A DNA stretch of 63,960 nt, the filler included, from Globobulimina sp. (taxonomy: Eukaryota): assembly GCA_003354225.1 (NCBI GenBank). It is 25 parts of 25 records of this genome, joined end to end, with 100 filler letters (N's around TTAATTAATTAA, not from the genome) between each part and the next. Parts side by side here need not be neighbours in the genome. Positions count along the whole stretch, not along the records: positions 46,130 to 48,591 come from PIVH01006564.1; positions 48,692 to 51,153 come from PIVH01006565.1; positions 51,254 to 53,715 come from PIVH01006566.1; positions 53,816 to 56,277 come from PIVH01006567.1; positions 56,378 to 58,838 come from PIVH01006568.1; positions 58,939 to 61,399 come from PIVH01006569.1; 19 more parts are not named here. One strand, given 5' to 3'. The translations under genes and the position numbers were made by a program. The notes beneath the pieces are model-generated. The model made no database searches. It was not told where the DNA came from and saw nothing but the letters and a program-made list of their open reading frames with translations. This document shows positions 47,873-58,969 of this stretch, piece by piece. How positions within the stretch are numbered: the first letter of the stretch is position 1; every line of letters begins with the position of its first letter.

Positions 47873-48508
47873 ATGGCAGATGATACAGAATGGTTACCAC
47901 CAAAAAACAGCAAAACCAATAAAACAGTTAAAAAAAGTCAACGAATTGCACGAAGATTGAAATGGAAAACCAGACAATATATTTTGGAATGTTCTCAATG
48001 TCAGAAATCGTTCAAGGATAAAGATTTATTGTTTAATCATGAAAAGAAGCATAATAAAGCAAGGACGGAACATTATAATTATAAATGTGGACATTGTGAC
48101 TATTCTGATTTATTTAGCAATACATTTGAAGCACATAATATATTTAAACATAATGAAAGCAAACCTTTTCAATGTAGAAGATGTGGAATCAAATTTAAAC
48201 ACTCAAACAGTCTTAATAAACACATTAGATCCATACATTGGAAGATTAGGGACTATAAATGTGATACATGCGATGCTACATTTTATAACCAACACCATTT
48301 GATAGCACATTCACGAACTCATTCATCAAATAAAACGCCATTTAAATGTAAATTATGTGGCAGAGGATTTAAGCAGAGAAGTAACCTAACAATACATCAA
48401 GCGGTCCATTCATCTGAAAAACCATTTCAATGCGATACATGTGGAAAGAGATATAAATACAAGAGTGGTCTACGCAGACATCAAAAGAAATTACATCAAG
48501 TGCATTAA
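47873..48508 (+). CDS. C2H2 zinc-finger array protein (6 fingers)
   Basis: Six CxxC...HxxxH units with EKPF-type linkers. Confidence 0.92.
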   Translation: MADDTEWLPPKNSKTNKTVKKSQRIARRLKWKTRQYILECSQCQKSFKDKDLLFNHEKKHNKARTEHYNYKCGHCDYSDLFSNTFEAHNIFKHNESKPFQCRRCGIKFKHSNSLNKHIRSIHWKIRDYKCDTCDATFYNQHHLIAHSRTHSSNKTPFKCKLCGRGFKQRSNLTIHQAVHSSEKPFQCDTCGKRYKYKSGLRRHQKKLHQVH

Positions 48509-48691
48509 TATGTCATTAATCATTGTTAGTATTTTTTCACAAACCAAATAAACTGCGTTACTACAAACTCTAATATTTCTTTTCTCACTTTNNNNNNNNN
48601 NNNNNNNNNNNNNNNNNNNNNNNNNNNNNNNNNNNTTAATTAATTAANNNNNNNNNNNNNNNNNNNNNNNNNNNNNNNNNNNNNNNNNNNN

Positions 48692-49316
48692 AAGTGGTAT
48701 TGTTTTGATTTATGTGATTCATTTGTTGTTTAAATTAATTGTAAAAAATATTTTATTTAGATTTATACAATTAATTTCTATCAATAATATATTTGTAATT
48801 CCATGGAGTTTGGCAGAATATTGTGTATATATAACAATTATAATATATTCATTTATATGTCTCATATTTAATTATGATGTAAAACAACAATATCCTGACA
48901 TACAAACACATCATTTAATTATTATTTTATTATTAGTTGTATCAATTTGCAATTTACTCCGACAAATTGCATTGAATAATAATTCATTGTTTAGTTTTTA
49001 TGAAATATTGTTATGCATTTTATTAATATTTACAAGATGGGATATTTTATTTGCTATATTAGAAAAACAACAATATTTTGAGCTAATTATAATTAATATT
49101 TGTTTATTTATAATATCATATTTTGAAATTTATGATATCACAAAATATTGTAATAATTTTCAGGCAAAAGCATTCTTATCACTTTGTTCACAAATATTTA
49201 TTATGCAAAAAAATATAAATCTTACGATTTGGCAGGAAAAATTTGTACTGACACCGATATTTCAATCGGTTATTTGTTGGGCTGTTTCAAAAATTATTAT
49301 CCAAAAATATTTGTAA
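48692..49316 (+). CDS. Hydrophobic membrane protein fragment
   Basis: Long open frame in very AT-rich DNA with multiple hydrophobic stretches. Confidence 0.4.
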
Positions 49317-49445
49317 TATAATATGTGTATTGACATTGTTGTTGACATTGCATACATCACCGCTAAACGACATTCCTTTGTATACATTTCATTTGTTCTA
49401 ATAATGAAAAAAACTTAAGAGCGTACAGCTAGCCGCACTTTATTC

Positions 49446-50678
49446 ATGTCCACTTTTCAAAATTGTTGGGTGGAAAGAACGAGAGAGGTGCTACTCAACA
49501 TTGAACAGCGACATATTTTCACTCGTTACCGAAAATGGACTGAAATAGTGAACAAACAAACGATCGATTTGCAAATTGCAATATTTGGTAACTATAATTC
49601 AGGTGTCACGTTTAATGTTAATTTATCAAATAAAGAGATGAATGAGTCACTGCAGTTTTTGTATGAGTGGAAAGGTTTAAATCCAGGAAAAGCGCCATAC
49701 TCAAATATACCCAAAACATTAAATGAATACCAGAACAAAGCCAAAAATTGGACCAATGGAAGAAGAGCAAAAATTGGGGCCAATACATTCTTTCCTTTAT
49801 TCATCACCAAGGCAGAAAATGTACTTATATTTCCATTCTGTTTTTTTTTAACATCTATAAAAATCATAAAACATCTATAAAAATATACAAATCCCTAATT
49901 TTTAAGTTTGCGCAAATGTTATCACAGCATACTTTCAGCCAACAAAGATTATCTAAATTATATTTCCAAGCATTAATGTACAAATATCTACGCAGTTTAT
50001 GCGAATCAAAAGTAATGCTAAATGGGATCGGAGCTAGGTATATATATAAATCATAAATCTATAATTATGTTAACGTTCATTTACATTTATCTGTTTCCAT
50101 TTCCATGTCCATGTTTACAATGAAAAATGTTTCTATACTCAACAATTTGCAATCTGTATTGAGAAGGGTTCGTTTGGTATGTGACAACTCGTTGAAATCA
50201 GCCAAATCTAAATTAAAACGCATATTGCAATCGTATGCAGCTGATGTATCATATCGCGATACGTTCCCAGCACATCGACAACAAGCCGTTGATTATTTTT
50301 CTGTTAAGTTTTGTTTTTGTTTTTGTTCCGATGGAATATTGTTGGCGGATTAAACAGAAACAGTTTGAGAAAAACAAAAGTGAGCTGCTGAGATTATTGA
50401 AAGCGTCGCAGAGTCTGTCTGCAAAGAAGGAGGAGACTAATCAGAATATTAAGGCCAAAGTGGATGGAAATGGAGAAGAGATATTGAGAATAAATCCATT
50501 TAACAATGTATTTGATATGCTGCAACAATTGGTAACCACACAAAATAAGCAAGCTTTTGTTTTATCAGATATTGTAGGACGTGTTACAACGTTGGAGCAG
50601 AATACAAAGACTGTTGATAATATAATTGATACGGTAATGTTCATAAATGAGAATGATTTTGTGTTTAACAGCAAATAA
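49446..50678 (+). CDS. Multi-exon hypothetical protein
   Basis: Four staggered same-strand ORFs separated by GT...AG AT-rich gaps. Confidence 0.4.
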
Positions 50679-51327
50679 TAAACTTTTTGTTAGTTTGCTG
50701 CGATTTGCAGCGATTTGATAATTAACTAACTATTAAAAAAAACATTGTAAATTTGTGTATACAAAAATATGAACACAAAATGAACACAATTTATACACAG
50801 ATTTGTATGTTTGTTTTTTTGTATGTTTTTCTCATTCCAATCGTTTTTTTTTCTCATTCGACTATTCTACTTTAGAATAGGATTTGGTTCAATTTTTGGT
50901 TTGGTTTGGTCCATAAAATTTGGTTCAATTTTTGGACTAGTTTGACTAGTTTGGACCAATTTGGACCAATTTGGACCAAATCTGATTTAGTGAAATATTG
51001 AAATAAATGGACTAGCTCGAAATATTGAAATAAAAACACTGACATTATCCTAGCACTGTATGTAAATCTCCATAGGATTTTAAATTGTTTAAACACGCGG
51101 TATTCTAAACACGTCCTATTCTAAAATAATTGACAATTTTTTGTAAATCAGATNNNNNNNNNNNNNNNNNNNNNNNNNNNNNNNNNNNNNNNNNNNNTTA
51201 ATTAATTAANNNNNNNNNNNNNNNNNNNNNNNNNNNNNNNNNNNNNNNNNNNNCAACTCTTAGTAAATCAAGAATCAAAGTTTTCGAAATCAAAAATCAA
51301 AATCAAAATCAAGAATCAAGAATCAAT

Positions 51328-52092
51328 CTAACACACAAATACTTTATACTTTTCAACTAACATTTGTTTAAAATCGTCATTTTCACATAAAATATTTATA
51401 GAACATGCGCGATCCCACACATCGGGACAAAATATAAAGCGGCCACAAGTAATTCCTATTTCGTACAAAGCACACTCGAATTCATACAGTAACAACTTCA
51501 GTGCTTTAGTTTTGTTCACAATCCATTTGATATCGTCGTCATTGCTGCCATTTGCAAATAATATGATCCTCAATAAATATACTAATAATGTATTGGTTAA
51601 CTCTTTATCTTTAACCACTATTTTTGTATAATTCACCAATATCGGAGTCAGTCTAAGATCTTTAAATATTGTTTTAAAAATTTCCATAGACGATAAATTC
51701 GCAATACATCTTAAAATTTCACGTTTTCCTTGAATACAGCCATTGTGTTTCTGCAGTCGACATAAAAAGTGATATATTATACCACTCTCCAACCATTTTT
51801 CACCATCAATAGCTTCTTCAAAATCAGTGATCAAATTCCCAACACAAAATGTAATATTTCCCACCTTTGATAAATCATTGTCGTTAAAATGGTTTACAAA
51901 TATATATAACTGCAATTTAACAACGAATTCCTCCATAATTCTTTTGTTTGGCTTTATTTTGCTCATATTGTAACAAAGTTGTCCTATGATACCCGCATTG
52001 GTAGACACAGTGCTAAAGCTGTTTGTATTGCGTCGGACTGCGTCAAAAGCAGTCAACATTTGTGTTGCCATTTGGATCCATTGAGAAGACAT
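51328..52092 (-). CDS. Helical (ARM-like) hypothetical protein
   Basis: CVGNL and CIANL ARM-like helices. Confidence 0.5.
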   Translation of the reverse strand: MSSQWIQMATQMLTAFDAVRRNTNSFSTVSTNAGIIGQLCYNMSKIKPNKRIMEEFVVKLQLYIFVNHFNDNDLSKVGNITFCVGNLITDFEEAIDGEKWLESGIIYHFLCRLQKHNGCIQGKREILRCIANLSSMEIFKTIFKDLRLTPILVNYTKIVVKDKELTNTLLVYLLRIILFANGSNDDDIKWIVNKTKALKLLLYEFECALYEIGITCGRFIFCPDVWDRACSINILCENDDFKQMLVEKYKVFVC

Positions 52093-52166
52093 GTTACGTG
52101 TTCAATTTTTTTGTTACTAAAAACAAATAATTACAAGTAGCATTGCCATATGTTATATGTATCAAT

Positions 52167-53459
52167 TTACAAGTAATCAGTATCAATGGTACCATAGACA
52201 TTGGTTCCTTCCTTTTTTGTTTTAACCAATGTTTTTTGTTTCTGAAATCCAAACCATGCAATAAAGCCAATCAATGCCATTCCAATGACTGATGCCACAG
52301 TATAAACATACCATGAATTCCATTCAAACACTGATGAATCAGTACTATCATTAGCATCATCGCATAAATCCATACCACGACTTCGTGCTCGTGCCACAAT
52401 ATAATCAAAATCAGGAATACCTTTCAATCTGCAATGTATTGCATCAGTCGATACCCATTCGATACCCAGAGATTGATTCGAATAAAAGCCAATCACTTTA
52501 TAACCCGGCAAAGCATCGCCGTACACTTTCATTGCATTCCCATTGTGAACAAAGGAACTTTCATTATCTATCAATGGAACGAATACTTTATCATTCAAAA
52601 TGAATGAATTTGTATATGGCTCATCATTCGGTGCATACACTCGATAGATTTGCCATTTTCGATTAAATGAATTCATTGTATTGCGCCAATATTGCACAAT
52701 CATTTCCATTTCGTGATATCGCGCATCTGTTTCGTTAAACTGTTTAATTAATATTTTCTGTCCAGATAAAAATTTGGACCAACAATCAATGTGATCGATA
52801 TAATCGTGATTCGGATCCTGGAACACATAAAAATGTTCAATTCCCAGCAACTGCTTCATCACATTATCAATATAGGCACACGATGGAAGTGCTACTTTTG
52901 AACTTGTAATGTTACTCAAATTGCAGTATTGGTGGTTTTCAGTGTATATAATGTGAGTTGCTGCAGCAATGTCACATCCATCGGTCATATAATTACCGCC
53001 CGTATTACGGATCTCTGCTTTGTCCAAATATGTCAAATTGAAATAAAGAGACAATTTGTAGGCTATGGCGTTATCGTTTGGTCGGTCTCGATTGTATTTA
53101 AAATCAACAATGCCAATATTATTATTATTGGAATATTCTGAATCTGAATATGAATGAACAAAGAACGGGCCATAATCGCGAGTCCAATAAGAGTCAGTCT
53201 CTGTGATTATAAATTGTATTCTGTCCATATCGATGTCCGCAGATTCTGGAAATATATCGTTTAATATATGAGTGTAGTTAGCTGCTATCAAACAATATAT
53301 TATCATATCATCGTCATTCAAGATTTCAATCATTATTTGCATTGGAATTCCAAATGGATAGCGGAGCAAAACACCTTTCATTTTGTCAAATTCAGCTATA
53401 CTCCGAGTAAACGAAATATTATTGATTGTGGCAGAAACCATTTCCAATTCTCGTCGCAT
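52167..53459 (-). CDS. Agmatine deiminase / Porphyromonas-type peptidylarginine deiminase family, C-terminal TM anchor
   Basis: WTRDYGP, GGNYMTDG, HIDCW, YTNS, DAIHC catalytic motifs; TM and YGTI tail. Confidence 0.9.
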   Translation of the reverse strand: MRRELEMVSATINNISFTRSIAEFDKMKGVLLRYPFGIPMQIMIEILNDDDMIIYCLIAANYTHILNDIFPESADIDMDRIQFIITETDSYWTRDYGPFFVHSYSDSEYSNNNNIGIVDFKYNRDRPNDNAIAYKLSLYFNLTYLDKAEIRNTGGNYMTDGCDIAAATHIIYTENHQYCNLSNITSSKVALPSCAYIDNVMKQLLGIEHFYVFQDPNHDYIDHIDCWSKFLSGQKILIKQFNETDARYHEMEMIVQYWRNTMNSFNRKWQIYRVYAPNDEPYTNSFILNDKVFVPLIDNESSFVHNGNAMKVYGDALPGYKVIGFYSNQSLGIEWVSTDAIHCRLKGIPDFDYIVARARSRGMDLCDDANDSTDSSVFEWNSWYVYTVASVIGMALIGFIAWFGFQKQKTLVKTKKEGTNVYGTIDTDYL

Positions 53460-54614
53460 CCTTGCACTTTAAATATACAAATGTAAATTAAAATACTTTT
53501 CTCAAATTATAATTAGTAAATAAATGGTGATCTTAACACTGCAAAACCAAACAAATTTGGAACATTTGCCGATGAAAACCAGTAAATAATGCTAATACAA
53601 ATTAAAATCGCACAGCATATTGTTGTCGACAACACTGTTTTACTGAATGCAATTATGCACCAAAAACTCAAAACATTTTTATATGAAATATTGATTAAAT
53701 TGGTGGTGTTGAAAANNNNNNNNNNNNNNNNNNNNNNNNNNNNNNNNNNNNNNNNNNNNTTAATTAATTAANNNNNNNNNNNNNNNNNNNNNNNNNNNNN
53801 NNNNNNNNNNNNNNNAATTTGCCATCACTTTTAGTGAATGTATTGGGAGGAGAGGGGGGAATCGCTCGTTTAAAATGTGGGATATTATTATTGCTGTTAT
53901 TGTTTGGTTGCCTTTTTACATTTTGTTCCCAATCTAATTGATAGAAGAACATTGCACGTAATCTAAATATTTTGATGGTAAATTTTCTGGCTGGTTTATC
54001 CCAAACGGGATTCTCATTATTTCTGCACAGTTCGCCAGCAAATTCAACAATGATATAGCCATCATCTGATAAGTCAATACTGTCATTGGTATGGAATAAT
54101 TTTTGAAATTCTTTCGGCACATTCATCCGTTGCTGCTGCGATGGTCTTAATATCAATTTAATATTATTCTTCATATTTCCATCTTCATTTGCTTGGTTTA
54201 ATGGTCTTTGGATGTTTGCCACCTTCGGCTTATTGATAGAGCTCTTACGTTCCATGCGATTAATCGTATAATATCTGGGTCTGCGGAAATGCGTATCTAA
54301 ATTATATTTATTAATTAAGTTTATTGTTTTTAGTATAGTTAATTGTTTTATTTGTGGATATGTAATTTTTGTGTCATTTTTATTAGTTTTTGTTGAATGG
54401 ATATGAAATTTATTATCATTTTTTAAATGTGCATTGTCGTTCTCTTTTACCGAAGTAATTTCGAGTAACGACAAGTTACCTGTTTAGGGCAATAGGTATA
54501 TTCAATATTCTTAGAATGTAGAAACGGGAGGATTCAAAATGTCAGCCTCCGGGAGGGGGGGGGGAAAGTTAAATTGATTTCTTAAAGTTTTGAAGATGCT
54601 TTTAATCTAACGAA

Positions 54615-55751
54615 ATGAATATTGATCGAGTGGATGATGGAGATTATCATCCATCAACATATGAATTATCAGCAAATCATACAAAAGTCACAAAGAAGAC
54701 ATTTTGGTCTTATTCAGCTTATTTCAGCAATCGTGCTTATTTCAGCAATCGTGCTTATTCAGGATTACATCAATGGCACTTCAAAATATTAAAATGTTCT
54801 TATTCCACTTATAATTATATGGTCATTGGAATTTGGAAAGCAAATCATAAAATAGTGAAAGATGATTTATTTTTTTTTCAGACACAGAAAGACAAAGGAT
54901 ATGGATGGGATGTCAGAGGAAAAAAGATATATTCGCATCAAAGTGATGACTGGGAATCATATGGAGACAGAGGATGTAATGAAGGTGATACAGTGACAAT
55001 GATATTGGATATGAATCATAAAGAATTGAGATATAAAATAAATGGTAAAGATCAAGGCGTTGCTTTTAAAGATTTAAAAGATACAGAATACAGAGCTGCT
55101 ATTTGTTTAATGGAAGGCGAGCAAACTATTGAATGTGTTCAATATGAACACGATGGAAATATGAATCAAAATAAAAATAACAACAAAAATGAAGATGATA
55201 TAAAGTGTAATTTATGTGATACAAAAACACAAAAAATAGATTCATTAAAAAAAGAAATAAAGAGTTTACAGATAGAAAGAAATGAAAACAAAACGCACAG
55301 AGAATCTGATAAACAAAAATATGAAACTCAACGACAACAAATTATCGATTTAAAGGATGAATATAAAAAACAAATAACTTTATTAAAATCAGAATATGAA
55401 TCATTAAAAAAAGAAACAATTACGATTAAGAAAGAGAAAAATGAGAAATCTGCAGAAAATGAAGAGTTGAAAGCCAAAATATTACGATATCAACAAAAGG
55501 AACAAAAATATGACGAAATGAATACATCAAATATTGGATTAAACGAAGACTGTAAAGCGTTAGAAATGGATTTAGAAGAATTGCATACAAAATATATTCG
55601 ATTATTAAACGAAACAAAACCGAATGAGAATAAATATATGGAATGGGATCATGATATGATCTGTGAGTGGATTATATCATTGAATCATAATTATAAACGA
55701 TATGAAGATGTATTACGAAATAGTTTGAAAGAGGAAGAGGTTTCAGCCTGA
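54615..55751 (+). CDS. SPRY/B30.2-like + coiled coil + truncated SAM domain protein
   Basis: WHFKI, MVIGI, GDTVTMILDM, INGKDQGVAF; WDHDMICEWI SAM start. Confidence 0.75.
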   Translation: MNIDRVDDGDYHPSTYELSANHTKVTKKTFWSYSAYFSNRAYFSNRAYSGLHQWHFKILKCSYSTYNYMVIGIWKANHKIVKDDLFFFQTQKDKGYGWDVRGKKIYSHQSDDWESYGDRGCNEGDTVTMILDMNHKELRYKINGKDQGVAFKDLKDTEYRAAICLMEGEQTIECVQYEHDGNMNQNKNNNKNEDDIKCNLCDTKTQKIDSLKKEIKSLQIERNENKTHRESDKQKYETQRQQIIDLKDEYKKQITLLKSEYESLKKETITIKKEKNEKSAENEELKAKILRYQQKEQKYDEMNTSNIGLNEDCKALEMDLEELHTKYIRLLNETKPNENKYMEWDHDMICEWIISLNHNYKRYEDVLRNSLKEEEVSA

Positions 55752-56377
55752 ACCATTTAATCATCTTTTGCAACCATGTATTGTTTGCAACCATTTAATC
55801 ATCTATCAAATATCAAATATCCATTCATATTCAATATCAAGTTGATATTGAGTCAGCAGAATCTGTTTCATTGAACGCAAAGCCATGACCGGCCATGATC
55901 CATGATCTCTAGTTAGTTTCCTTAAATATGCAGAGTCAGTGAAAAACTGTATCAAGATGAAATGCACCTTTGTCATCATGATGTTTAGGTTTAACGGCCA
56001 TCGCTTTTGTGTTTCACACATCTCTCTCTAGTTTAGTGTGGCATTTATCTTAAATAATCAATGGCTTGGTGGAAATAATCAAAAAAACCTTTTTTTTTGA
56101 GTGTGACATACTTTAGCATCATGTCCAATGTCTCTAAATACATTTTCGGTAAGAATAAGCTGGGCAGAATGAAACGAATATTAGAATGCGACTCCACAAC
56201 CTATGATGGTGTACAATGGATCCCCAATTACAGAGCCGTGCATCAGACAAGCAGTTTGTATCAATTTTTCATTTTCANNNNNNNNNNNNNNNNNNNNNNN
56301 NNNNNNNNNNNNNNNNNNNNNTTAATTAATTAANNNNNNNNNNNNNNNNNNNNNNNNNNNNNNNNNNNNNNNNNNNN

Positions 56378-58197
56378 GATATTTGAAACAATATCTTTTC
56401 AATCTCTCTTCTTCAAATTCGTCAACAATGGATGTAATAAATCCTTTTGATTCCAACCTGCTGCATCTACCACAAATATGTAAATACGAAGTGTCAACAT
56501 ATGGCATTTCCGCACAAATAATATGATCCAACCAAATAAAATCCAAACCGCGGCAAACCGTCTCGGTGGCAATAACCGCGTCGATGGTTCCCTGCCGGAA
56601 TAATTTTAAAAATTTGCTTCTCATCGTTTTATCATTAATATATTCGTGAAGCAAGGCACATTTTATATCATTTTCAGATAAGCTCTCTGCGAAATGCATC
56701 GGCGAGGAATCTTTATTGACAACGATAAGAACCGCCGGGTTATAAACTTTCTTCTTTTTGGGATCACTCCGAATGGTATTAATTAACTCCGCTGCTATCA
56801 ACGGCTTATCCTATTATATAAACAAAAGAAACATAACATAGCTTACCTTGCTATTACACCATACGTACCTTACTATTATCCACCGCTATATATTGGTGCT
56901 GTATATTTGGCGAAATGAACCTCTTTGGAATATGTGTCTTATTGTCAGTGACATAATTATTTTGCGCCGGATAGGTTGATATTAGCTGCACCGGATATGG
57001 TTGCAATATTTGTTGAATTGTGTTTTTTAACTGATTGCTAATTGTAGCACCAACAAATAATGCGTGACATTTATGATTGTCACTGTCAACGTTGCTTTGT
57101 TGCTTTATGATGCCATTCAATATCAACTGCGCAGGTTTTAAGTGTGAGTGATTCAAATATTTCTTGACTAAATCTTTGTTTTTATGCACATTTTTTACAT
57201 GCGTCGGAAACAACGAATCAATTTCGTCAAATACAATATAATTCATCTTCGATGGTTTGATAATTGAATATAGCAACAACTGACGAATCCGTTTCGGTGT
57301 AGCTATGATTATCGATGGTTTCATTTTATTTATGTAATCTATGTTATAGTCCAGCGATTCATTGCTATTACAATTTAAAACACAGTGTTGGACATTGAAT
57401 TGTTTATTCTTTTTATTTTGGTTTTGATTGTTTGCAAAATAACTGCTTGTGGCATGGTTATGTTTGTAATTATCTGTGTCATACAAATATGATTTGATCA
57501 TTGCTTTAATTTGTAATCCCAACTCATTGCTCGGTATAACAATGACAACCTGCCCACATTGTAATGGTTTTAAGTCATTCAAAATCGGCAACAAATATGC
57601 CAAGGTTTTGCCAGTGCCCATACGCGATTCTATGATGCTGGCCGACATTGCGTAATTTGATTTGAATTCCATTATTTTATCAAAGGCCAAGGATTGGATC
57701 GGTAATGGAGATAAACCGTGTCGTAAAGACAAATTATTTTGTAGTTTTTTGCGTAAATTCATGCTTTCAAATGTTGAATGAGATATCGTTGCTATTTCGG
57801 GAACTGGTGATAAATAATCATGTTTTGACTTAGTTGTCTCTATTAAGGCAGTGGTATTTGTATCGATTGCTGTTTCATCGATAATGTCATTGATGATTTC
57901 ATCAATTTCAGCGTCGGAGTCTTCGTCCAATACATATTTATCCTCGGCAGGCTCTGTGTTTTCGTTAAGGAGAATTGGTTGCATTATGTTTTTATTTTGA
58001 TTTGGTACAGCATCAATCAATGCGGATGACGACAATAGATCGTCTAAAGATACTTCTTTTATCATATTGGATGTGGGTGCTTCACTGCAGAATGATAATA
58101 ATTTATGTGTTTGGTACAGGTTTGAATGAGATTGGATTTTGATGAAAGCATTGCTTTTACGAATGTAATTGATGAGTGTTGAATGAGAGCGCATCAT
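56378..58197 (-). CDS. DEAD-box-like RNA helicase, degenerate motifs, 2 exons, 3' partial
   Basis: GTGKT, PSNEL, TPKR, DEID, GAT, RGLD, HICGRCSR; intron 56811-56868. Confidence 0.85.
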
Positions 58198-58414
58198 GCC
58201 AACAAAGATGTTTTTTTTGTGCGTGAAATTTCTAGAAAAGGACAACTGTTAACGATATATAACCGAAATTTTAAAAAGTACGTGAAATAATATATTCAAA
58301 ACAACCAAAAACAAGAAAAAAAAAGCAAAGATAATATTATGAGTGCAAGGTACGGACATTGATGCTACGAATACAATAATAATACATTCACATACAAAAA
58401 ACAAACAAAATACG

Positions 58415-58838
58415 TTATTTCGTGTTCATCCAAATAACAAAGGGTTCATAAGTCATTTGATGCAAATATCTAAACACTGCATTCCACATTTTATCAAATA
58501 TTTTCATATTTATCTCTTTTTTAAAACTCATATTCGTCTCATTCTCATTCTTCCCATCACCACTCTCAAACAAACACTCTTCGATATATTTCACAATCGA
58601 CTTATCCGAAAACTGTATTTTATAATTTGCCATTTTATCCACAAAATGGTAATAAATAAATTGCGAATACTCAATCAAATTTAATTCCTTTTGGGTCTCC
58701 GGATTCATATTCAACAAATCAAAGGACAGCAAACCATAAATCTCCTTATTTCTGTGTTTATGCTTCCTTTTCCTCTTATCACCGCCGGCAAAATAAAACG
58801 AAAACCTCGCTGGGAACGGGAATTGCATGGTTTTCTCC
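58415..58838 (-). CDS. C-terminal RGS-like domain fragment
   Basis: IYYHFV...IQF and IFDKMW..V..YL...TY..F resemble the RGS C-terminal helices. Confidence 0.5.
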
Positions 58839-58969
58839 NNNNNNNNNNNNNNNNNNNNNNNNNNNNNNNNNNNNNNNNNNNNTTAATTAATTAANNNNNN
58901 NNNNNNNNNNNNNNNNNNNNNNNNNNNNNNNNNNNNNNAAAAAAAAACAACAAGTTTATATATTTTATG

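Noticed and set aside
51254-51327. Contig start CAACTCTTAG as a fourth MITE end; AATCAA repeats as a telomere
   Set aside because: Only 6 bp match the TIR; repeats are short, irregular and not terminal
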